A DNA stretch of 32,000 nt from Acidothermus cellulolyticus 11B (GTDB lineage: Bacteria > Actinomycetota > Actinomycetes > Acidothermales > Acidothermaceae): the NCBI RefSeq assembly GCF_000015025.1, contig NC_008578.1, positions 2,190,001 to 2,222,000 on the forward strand, written 5' to 3'. The notes beneath the pieces were generated by a model. The model worked only from the letters and a program-made list of their open reading frames with translations. It made no database searches and had not been told where the DNA came from. The translations under genes and the position numbers were made by a program. Each line of letters starts with the position of its first letter. Positions within the stretch are counted from its first letter, which is position 1. This document shows positions 18,609-25,015 of the stretch, piece by piece.

Positions 18609-20116
18609 TGTTTAAAGCCTGTCTCAATCCCCCGGCTAAAATGGGCGTACCGCGGAAACAGCTATCGCGCATGCTGGGGAGCCTGTCTCAATCCCCCGGC
18701 TAAAATGGCAGGCTTGACGGGCTCTGCTCGCGGGAAGCTGGGGAGCCTGTCTCAATCCCCCGGCTAAAATGGAAAGCACGGCGGGCTGCCGGCCTCACCC
18801 GCTGGGGAGCCTGTCTCAATCCCCCGGCTAAAATGGCGCGTCAGCCGCGGCACGATTACCGTACGCTGGGGAGCCTGTCTCAATCCCCCGGCTAAAATGG
18901 ATCTGGCCGAGTGCTCGTGGTCACGACGCTGGGGAGCCTGTCTCAATCCCCCGGCTAAAATGGCGACCAACGGAAGATCGCCGATATGATAGCTGGGGAG
19001 CCTGTCTCAATCCCCCGGCTAAAATGGCAATCATCCCACGGCTGCGCACCCCACGGCTGGGGAGCCTGTCTCAATCCCCCGGCTAAAATGGATCGGCTTG
19101 GTGCGGACCGGCGGGTTTTGCTGGGGAGCCTGTCTCAATCCCCCGGCTAAAATGGGCAGATTGATGCTAAAGCTGGGGAGATTGCTGGGGAGCCTGTCTC
19201 AATCCCCCGGCTAAAATGGGCAGATTGATGCTAAAGCTGGGGAGATTGCTGGGGAGCCTGTCTCAATCCCCCGGCTAAAATGGCTCCGGGTGGTATTCCC
19301 GCCGGGACCTGGCTGGGGAGCCTGTCTCAATCCCCCGGCTAAAATGGCCAACCGCGTACATGGTCGAGGTTTGCAGCTGGGGAGCCTGTCTCAATCCCCC
19401 GGCTAAAATGGGAAACTGTGAAAAACGGTGCCTTTGCCAGCTGGGGAGCCTGTCTCAATCCCCCGGCTAAAATGGTCCGCACCGTCGACTCGTACGCCTG
19501 CAGGCTGGGGAGCCTGTCTCAATCCCCCGGCTAAAATGGAGATCCTTGAGTGCGTGCCCGGTGCCGCGCTGGGGAGCCTGTCTCAATCCCCCGGCTAAAA
19601 TGGCGCCCGCGCCGCCTGAGCTGGTCGAATTGCTGGGGAGCCTGTCTCAATCCCCCGGCTAAAATGGTGCTCGAGCACCGGTAGCAGCTGTGTCTGCTGG
19701 GGAGCCTGTCTCAATCCCCCGGCTAAAATGGGATCCCACACCCAGCACCAGAACGCGCGGCTGGGGAGCCTGTCTCAATCCCCCGGCTAAAATGGCCACC
19801 CGGCCACCGTAGCGCGCGGCGGAGGCTGGGGAGCCTGTCTCAATCCCCCGGCTAAAATGGTCCATGTCAATTCAGTGGTGGCCGACCTGCTGGGGAGCCT
19901 GTCTCAATCCCCCGGCTAAAATGGCCGACCGAGCGAAACGCCCGGTGCGAGAGCTGGGGAGCCTGTCTCAATCCCCCGGCTAAAATGGTTGATGGCGTGC
20001 GATATTCCCCGGTGCGGCTGGGGAGCCTGTCTCAATCCCCCGGCTAAAATGGAGCGGGACTTGAACCCGCGACCAGCGGAGCTGGGGAGCCTGTCTCAAT
20101 CCCCCGGCTAAAATGG
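18609..20116 (+). CRISPR. CRISPR array: 24 x 36-bp repeats (GCTGGGGAGCCTGTCTCAATCCCCCGGCTAAAATGG), 23 spacers
   Basis: Repeat starts: 18609 (degenerate), 18673, 18737, 18801, 18865, 18928, 18992, 19056, 19120, 19184, 19248, 19312, 19376, 19440, 19504, 19568, 19632, 19696, 19760, 19825, 19889, 19953, 20017, 20081. Twenty-one spacers are 28 nt, one is 27 nt (18901-18927) and one is 29 nt (19796-19824). The strand is assigned from tracrRNA complementarity and the -10-like box in each repeat. Confidence 0.97.
18637..18642 (+). promoter_or_regulatory. -10-like hexamer TAAAAT inside the repeat (positions 29-34); recurs in all 24 repeats
   Basis: TAAAAT fits the TANNNT actinobacterial -10 consensus and ends 2 nt before each spacer. 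The coordinates give the first copy as an example. This placement is analogous to the repeat-embedded promoters established for Neisseria and Campylobacter type II-C arrays. Confidence 0.4.
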
Positions 20117-20121
20117 AGGAC

Positions 20122-20156
20122 GGCTGAGATCCCTGGGTTGACCTGGGATCTCAGCC
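20122..20156. terminator. Perfect 12-bp hairpin between the last repeat and the cas2 stop (possible bidirectional terminator)
   Basis: GGCTGAGATCCC (20122-20133) pairs with GGGATCTCAGCC (20145-20156) across an 11-nt loop. It is followed by TTGTTG on the plus strand and, after 8 nt, by a TTTT run on the minus strand. Confidence 0.5.
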
Positions 20157-20163
20157 TTGTTGA

Positions 20164-20490
20164 TCATGGAAAAATCGCTAGTTGCTGCGGTGGATCTTCC
20201 GGCGGAACGAGCCTTTCGCCAACGTAGCAGAGTGCGCGGGCCCATTCGTGATCTGAGACGGGGATCACCCGCAAGACGCCCCCCGGCGGGACGACCGCTC
20301 CGGCTGCGGATCCCACCCATCGGAACCCTGCCCCATTGATCATGTACTTCGCGTAGACACTGAGCTGAACTCGGCTGAAGCCAAGTTCCAGGAGATGATG
20401 TCGGTAGCGGTTCGCGTCCCGCCGCTGCTCCCTGGTCTGGGTAGGTAGATCGAAAGCTGCGATGGCCCACACCGGTTCGTCCTTAAGCAT
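20164..20490 (-). CDS. cas2: CRISPR-associated endoribonuclease Cas2
   Basis: 108 aa. Cas2-like N-terminus (WAIAAFDLPTQTREQRRDANRYRHHLLELGFSRVQLSVYAKY). Overlaps the cas1 end by 8 nt and lies directly next to the array. Confidence 0.93.
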   Translation of the reverse strand: MLKDEPVWAIAAFDLPTQTREQRRDANRYRHHLLELGFSRVQLSVYAKYMINGAGFRWVGSAAGAVVPPGGVLRVIPVSDHEWARALCYVGERLVPPEDPPQQLAIFP

Positions 20491-21370
20491 GCGACAGCTC
20501 CATGGCGGGTGGTCTCAGACTTCGTATCTCGCCCTCGACGTACCGACCGACCTGCTGGGCAAACCGCTCCACGGCTGTTCCCACGGTCGCTCCGCTCGCA
20601 TCAAATTGGTGATCAAGCACCGCTACAAGAAGGCGCTTAGTGGGACGGTCAAGACCCGATGCGCCCGCAGTGACGATCTCTATGACCGTCTTGTCCACCG
20701 CAGGTCGGAATGGTTCGATAAGATCGTCAACCAGCGTAAACGGATTATCGTGGCGCCGGTGCCAAAGGCCGAGGGACGGCGCGAGTCCCGCACCGACCAC
20801 CGCGCGAAGGCAACAACCACGTAAGATCGCATAGCCGTAGTCTAGGAGGCCGTTGACAACGTCACGTGCTCGCGGAACGCGACGAAAGTGCTTGTCCTGA
20901 AACAAGCGAGCCCAATACACGCGCGCGGCAGCCCCTTCAGCATTGCTTGCATCACCTGATCGAACCTGCGCCGCGAGTCGCTCCAGTTGCGCCACACCGT
21001 CTCGGCGAAGCGCCCGTAGCACAGCGGCCTGATTGCGGATCTTTGTCTTCACGATATTCATCCATGCGTTCTTTTGCCTAGGCAACGAAAGCTCCGCCTG
21101 CGCGCGATGACGAGCCGCCACCCGGTTGTGAGTCGACCACGGCAATGTAGCGGCTACCGGAACACCCCGCCAGTCGCAGTGCACCACGCCTACCCCGAAC
21201 GCCGCAGCGCGGTCAATAACGCTGCCGTGCAGGGAGACGTACGGCCCCGTAAGCATCATCGCGACGTCAACCAGCGGCACCCGCTCGTCACCGACAAGAA
21301 GTGCCCCTTGAGCCGCATGCACCTCACCGGACAGTTCGGACAGATCCACGACACGCCACGGTCCTGTCAT
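20483..21370 (-). CDS. cas1: CRISPR-associated integrase Cas1 (type II)
   Basis: Track ORF 20483..21520 trimmed to the ATG at 21370 (MTGPWRVVDLSEL...), which forms an ATGA overlap with the cas9 stop. Conserved segments: NAEGAAARVYW, LLDYGYAILRG, GLWHRRHDNPFTLVDDLIEPFRP (catalytic His and acidic residues). Confidence 0.95.
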   Translation of the reverse strand: MTGPWRVVDLSELSGEVHAAQGALLVGDERVPLVDVAMMLTGPYVSLHGSVIDRAAAFGVGVVHCDWRGVPVAATLPWSTHNRVAARHRAQAELSLPRQKNAWMNIVKTKIRNQAAVLRALRRDGVAQLERLAAQVRSGDASNAEGAAARVYWARLFQDKHFRRVPRARDVVNGLLDYGYAILRGCCLRAVVGAGLAPSLGLWHRRHDNPFTLVDDLIEPFRPAVDKTVIEIVTAGASGLDRPTKRLLVAVLDHQFDASGATVGTAVERFAQQVGRYVEGEIRSLRPPAMELSHA

Positions 21371-24300
21371 GGTGTACCGCCGCTCCAGGGATCTGCGCTC
21401 CAAGGCCGCCACGAGTACGGGAGATGACCCCGGCGCCACCGAGGTTGACCAAGCGCAGTTCGTCGGATCACCGTAAGGCCAGGGTGGCACAAGACCTTTG
21501 CGACGGTCGCCCGCCAACACCGCGGGAAGAATTGTGCGAGAATCTCCCCGGCTTCAGTCAAGGTGTCGGGACGATCGCTTCTCTCCGTGCGGAGAACCTC
21601 AGCTTGTTCCGCGGAGAGAAACGCCGGCTTAAGATTGATCCTTTTATCATCCTCAAAGCCTGTGACGACCCAATGCCGCTCCGGGAAGTACTTCAGGAAC
21701 ATACTTAAATCCCCGGCTGCCGTTGTCACACCTTCCGGGCCGAAATCCAACTCGTCTCCGGGGACAAGCCAGCCAACCTGTTTCGCATCGCCAGACTCCA
21801 CCGCCTTCACTAACGCGATGCTGGCATAGCGCCATGCCGGCGTCCACGGCGGCAACTCAGCAGTAAAGACGTCCACGCCGTCACGAAGAAGGCCAGCAAC
21901 AGCCAAGTCCGCAAGTGAAACACGCAGCAGAGCAAAGGACGGGGAATGACTGCTGCCCCAGCGGAAGACGCGGGCGTGGTGAAAAGATGCAATGTACGCC
22001 GCACCGCCGCGCACCCGTATCGAGCCTCGATCATCCGGGAACAGCTTTACCCGATCGCGAGGACCCAAGACCCTATCAGAAAGGACGATATGCCGGTTCT
22101 CGTCAGCGGGTAGCACGTCTTCACTAGGGCTCACCTTGAGGAATCGACCACCAGGATCGGTAAGGGCGAGGAAGGCGGCATAAACCTCAGGCTCGACGAT
22201 GCGTCGTAGCTCTGCTCCTTTCCACGCAGCTCCCACCGTGTGCTCCGAGAAGGCGCGAAGTGTTTCCTCATGCAGCGCGCCGGTCGGCCTCAGTCGCAAC
22301 GGTGCGGCCACGGCGATACTGTCACGGGCGGCGGTACTAATGAGTAAGTCGCCTAGACCCGAGCAGGACTCCTTCCATTGACGATAAGCTGGCGACTGAG
22401 GCTCCTCTGTTGAATGCCGGTTCACATCGCTAGGCCGACGCCAGAACTCCGCTGAGACGCGACGACTCCGCGCGTCGGCCAAGGTCTTCGCGACGCCCGG
22501 AGTCAGCGTTGTGAGCACAACCGCGTCCACGGCATGGTGCCGACGATCGAGCCGCTTCGTGCTCGTTGACTGAGCAAAAATTGCAACACGGGAGAAGAGC
22601 CTCTCGATCGAGATATCGAGCCAGCGTCTCGCTTCGGCGGTCACGCCACCGCGGAAAACCGCTACCTGAGCTACTCCGTTCTTTTCGCCGTAACTGAGCA
22701 GGCGGTCCCTTAGCGCGACAGCTGCGTAGCCGGTGGATTCAATGCTTTGAATCACTTCGGGATCGGAGGTGCGCCTTTTGAGGCGGGCGACGACAGACTT
22801 CTTGTACCGAGAGAACTCGTCGCGAGTCCAGTACATGTTGCCTGAGTATTTCAGCTTTTGGACACGATCGATCACGTCGCGAAGCTGTACTCTATTACTT
22901 GTCTCAGCCCACGACGCAAAGGGACGTCGACCTTTTTCCTTGTTGCACGCTCCGCAGGTAATCGCGAGATTCTCATGTCTGTTCGAGCCGCCGTCCGTAC
23001 GCGGGACAATGTGGTCAAGCTCCGAATTCTCCCAGCTAATGGGCGCGCCGCAGTACATGCAATGGCAGTCGTAGAGTTCGAGCAGCCGCGCACGGACCAA
23101 ATCAGCTGGAGACGGATCACTAAGGCCGGAGGCGCGAAGTTCAGCGCGGATTCGATCGTTTGCTTTCCGATGGGCACGACGGGCCGCTTCTTCTTCCGCC
23201 TGTCGTTCCCTTGACTCGCTGGCTCCCCGTGCCAACTCAACGACGATACTCTGGGGTGGACCCCAGCGCATCGTGGCTGACGAAAGAAACTTCCTCAGAA
23301 TCGCGAGATTGCGGTCCACCACCGGATGTCCAGTCGCTTCGTGCAACGCCGGTAGCGGCGGGCGCCAGTTGTCGTCAACCCCGAAACACGTTTTTCGAGC
23401 ATTATGCACGTCAACACCGTCATCCCGCATAACCCGTGTCAAACCAGACAAGGTCAGCCGACTATACGCGACGCGGCCGCTTGGTAGAGCCAGGCCCTCA
23501 AGCGCCTCGAGCTCCGCGTCCGGTAGGTGCACAAGGAGCTCTTGCTCTTCCTCGCCGGCAATAGAGTTGTCGGCCAAGGCGGCCACAAGATCTGAACGCG
23601 ACGTGCGATCCTGCTCCTGCCACCATTGAGCGAAGGTTGGAATCTTACGCCGGTTTTTAGCGATAAACTCAGCAATACGGGCCGACGTCTCGTCGAACGG
23701 AGCGAACTGTGAATATGCGAGCGACGACGGCCCGTCTTCTTCCGGCACGCTCGTCAGGTCGCTTTCATTCGGCAACTTAAGAATCTCCAGCGCAATATCT
23801 GACCACGTGAGGCTACGCTCGGTTTGAGCAAGCAACGCTTCGATCACCGCGTTGCGCTCTTCAAGGGAAAGCGGCCGTGAACCAGAGCCATCACGTATCC
23901 GCAGGTTAGCCACCGCCGCAACGATGCGATACTCCTGAAACTCCAGACACGCGCGTGACGCGCGAAGCTGACTGGGGTCAAGGGGATCGCGGCCGATGCG
24001 CTCTGCCGGGACACTTGGCCGCTTCTGACAGAACACCGCGTCGATGACGTTTGACACGACATCCTCCGGCAGCCCCTGCACATCGGCAATGCACCGCAAT
24101 TCCCAGAGCACATCCTCCTGGCGAAGACGCGTTTCAAAGGCAGTTGCGTTACTTAACTCGGCGCGGCGTCCGGCGGACTGTTGCGTTGGATTCAGCCGAA
24201 TCCCCGGTGCGCGCTGAAGCAGGTAGCCGGCCCACTGACCAACCGTCCCCGGCTCGAGCGACACGGAGTACCGGGCTTCCAGACTCTCCCGAGTGCGCTC

Positions 24301-24783
24301 CCACGAGTCGCTAGGCTGCGGTAGATTTTTGAGGTCTTTAATGGTCGTCCACGGGTTCCGCCATCCCCGGTGACGTGCCATGTGGCTCACCGCGTATCCA
24401 AGCAGGCGGCGCCGCTCGGTCTCATCGACGACGTATTCCTCGGCGAGCCGCTTACGAGCAAGCCAAGCGTCGACTGGCGACACGTTCTTGTCCGGCAACG
24501 GCGTCCAGCCGAGCTCCGAAAGAAGCATGTCGAGATCACGTAGGCGTGCGCGACGAAAGCGTCGCAGCCGGCGAGCACGGCGCGCCATGCCTCTCAGAGC
24601 CAGCCGACTCGCTCCCGATCTTTCATCCCCGACGCCGCCGTCATGTATCCACGACACTGCGGCCAAGATCTCTTTCGGCTTGTCTTCCTCATAGGAAACC
24701 GCCGCGAGGCCGATTGACCGCTCGCCTACGTCGACGCCCAGCCGCCAGGTGACAGGCACCGTCCCCACCTCAGAACCACCCAT
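21367..24783 (-). CDS. cas9: Cas9 endonuclease, type II-C, Actinomyces naeslundii-like architecture (about 1138 aa)
   Basis: RuvC-I WRLGVDVGERSIGLAAV; Arg-rich bridge helix RRARRLRRFRRARLRDL; RuvC-II IVVELARG; HNH CMYCGAPISWENSELDHIVPR...NLAITCGACNKEKG; RuvC-III RRHHAVDAVVL. Blocks I recall from AnaCas9: ARHRGWRNPW, VANLRI, GRVAYSR, FGVDDNW, HHARVFR. Start placed at the ATG at 24783 (GAGGAG upstream). The track ORF extends to 24861. Confidence 0.96.
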   Translation of the reverse strand: MGGSEVGTVPVTWRLGVDVGERSIGLAAVSYEEDKPKEILAAVSWIHDGGVGDERSGASRLALRGMARRARRLRRFRRARLRDLDMLLSELGWTPLPDKNVSPVDAWLARKRLAEEYVVDETERRRLLGYAVSHMARHRGWRNPWTTIKDLKNLPQPSDSWERTRESLEARYSVSLEPGTVGQWAGYLLQRAPGIRLNPTQQSAGRRAELSNATAFETRLRQEDVLWELRCIADVQGLPEDVVSNVIDAVFCQKRPSVPAERIGRDPLDPSQLRASRACLEFQEYRIVAAVANLRIRDGSGSRPLSLEERNAVIEALLAQTERSLTWSDIALEILKLPNESDLTSVPEEDGPSSLAYSQFAPFDETSARIAEFIAKNRRKIPTFAQWWQEQDRTSRSDLVAALADNSIAGEEEQELLVHLPDAELEALEGLALPSGRVAYSRLTLSGLTRVMRDDGVDVHNARKTCFGVDDNWRPPLPALHEATGHPVVDRNLAILRKFLSSATMRWGPPQSIVVELARGASESRERQAEEEAARRAHRKANDRIRAELRASGLSDPSPADLVRARLLELYDCHCMYCGAPISWENSELDHIVPRTDGGSNRHENLAITCGACNKEKGRRPFASWAETSNRVQLRDVIDRVQKLKYSGNMYWTRDEFSRYKKSVVARLKRRTSDPEVIQSIESTGYAAVALRDRLLSYGEKNGVAQVAVFRGGVTAEARRWLDISIERLFSRVAIFAQSTSTKRLDRRHHAVDAVVLTTLTPGVAKTLADARSRRVSAEFWRRPSDVNRHSTEEPQSPAYRQWKESCSGLGDLLISTAARDSIAVAAPLRLRPTGALHEETLRAFSEHTVGAAWKGAELRRIVEPEVYAAFLALTDPGGRFLKVSPSEDVLPADENRHIVLSDRVLGPRDRVKLFPDDRGSIRVRGGAAYIASFHHARVFRWGSSHSPSFALLRVSLADLAVAGLLRDGVDVFTAELPPWTPAWRYASIALVKAVESGDAKQVGWLVPGDELDFGPEGVTTAAGDLSMFLKYFPERHWVVTGFEDDKRINLKPAFLSAEQAEVLRTERSDRPDTLTEAGEILAQFFPRCWRATVAKVLCHPGLTVIRRTALGQPRWRRGHLPYSWRPWSADPWSGGTP

Positions 24784-24912
24784 GGTCGGATCAGCTCCTC
24801 GTCCGTACTCAACGCCTTTGATGATCAGTTGCAAGCTCACGATAGCGACATGGACCGACATAATGCACGGATTTTTTGAGACGCAATACCTTGCGATCAG
24901 AGCGGCGCGATG

Positions 24913-24918
24913 TATACT
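24913..24918 (+). promoter_or_regulatory. -10 hexamer TATACT for the predicted tracrRNA
   Basis: TATACT lies 6-8 nt upstream of the first anti-repeat nucleotide, in the cas9-upstream intergenic region and divergent from cas9. Confidence 0.45.
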
Positions 24919-24922
24919 CGCA

Positions 24923-24999
24923 GCGAGACAGGCTACCTAGCAAGACCCCTTCGTGGGGTCGCATTCTTCACCCCCTCGCAGCAGCGAGGGGGTTCGTTT
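24923..24999 (+). ncRNA. Predicted tracrRNA (anti-repeat, nexus hairpin, terminator hairpin)
   Basis: 24925-24941 (GAGACAGGCTACCTAGC) is complementary to repeat positions 1-17: 15 Watson-Crick pairs, 1 G-U and 1 mismatch. Next come AAG and the hairpin GACCCC-TTCGT-GGGGTC (24944-24960), a 10-nt linker, and the hairpin CCCCCTCGC-AGCA-GCGAGGGGG (24971-24992) with a TTCGTTT tail. The ends are approximate. Confidence 0.8.
24971..24999 (+). terminator. Intrinsic terminator of the tracrRNA
   Basis: 9-bp GC-rich stem with a 4-nt loop, immediately followed by the T-rich tract TTCGTTT. Confidence 0.7.
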
Positions 25000-25015
25000 A
25001 TGATCACGGATGCCA

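Larger units (their letters stand above)
18382..25015. other. Putative horizontally acquired type II-C CRISPR-Cas9 cassette (array, cas2, cas1, cas9, tracrRNA) between the direct repeats
   Basis: Everything between the two repeat copies belongs to the CRISPR-Cas system. By eye, base composition is much less GC-rich than the flanks, and rare A/T-ending codons including TTA occur in cas9. No integrase, transposase or IS ends are visible. Confidence 0.55.

Noticed and set aside
18437-19865. Track ORFs running through the CRISPR array (18437..18703, 18498..18767, 18764..18970, 19659..19865) with repeated peptide motifs such as LSQSPG/LNPPAKM and FSRGIETGSPA
   Set aside because: The repeated peptides are just translations of the 36-bp repeat in different frames. 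The periodic repeat-spacer structure explains the whole region.
18645-20080. Self-targeting spacers against this window
   Set aside because: Reading the 23 spacers against the window, I saw no match on either strand outside the array. This is a visual check only and says nothing about the rest of the genome.
21371-21520. 50-residue N-terminal extension of cas1 in the track ORF
   Set aside because: It lies entirely inside the cas9 C-terminal coding region. The ATG at 21370 gives a canonical Cas1 N-terminus and an ATGA overlap with the cas9 stop.
20164-24861. Possible type II-A or II-B assignment (csn2 or cas4 present)
   Set aside because: There is no fourth cas gene. cas2 ends 47 bp from the array, and cas9 is about 1.1 kaa with Actinomyces-like blocks. 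This fits II-C.
18382-25015. Looked for an integrase, transposase, IS inverted repeats or a tRNA-adjacent att site that would make the cassette a classical mobile element
   Set aside because: None seen. Every ORF of credible size is cas9, cas1 or cas2, and the tRNA-Gln is 1.4 kb outside the repeats. I therefore call it a repeat-bracketed island, not a transposon, ICE or prophage.
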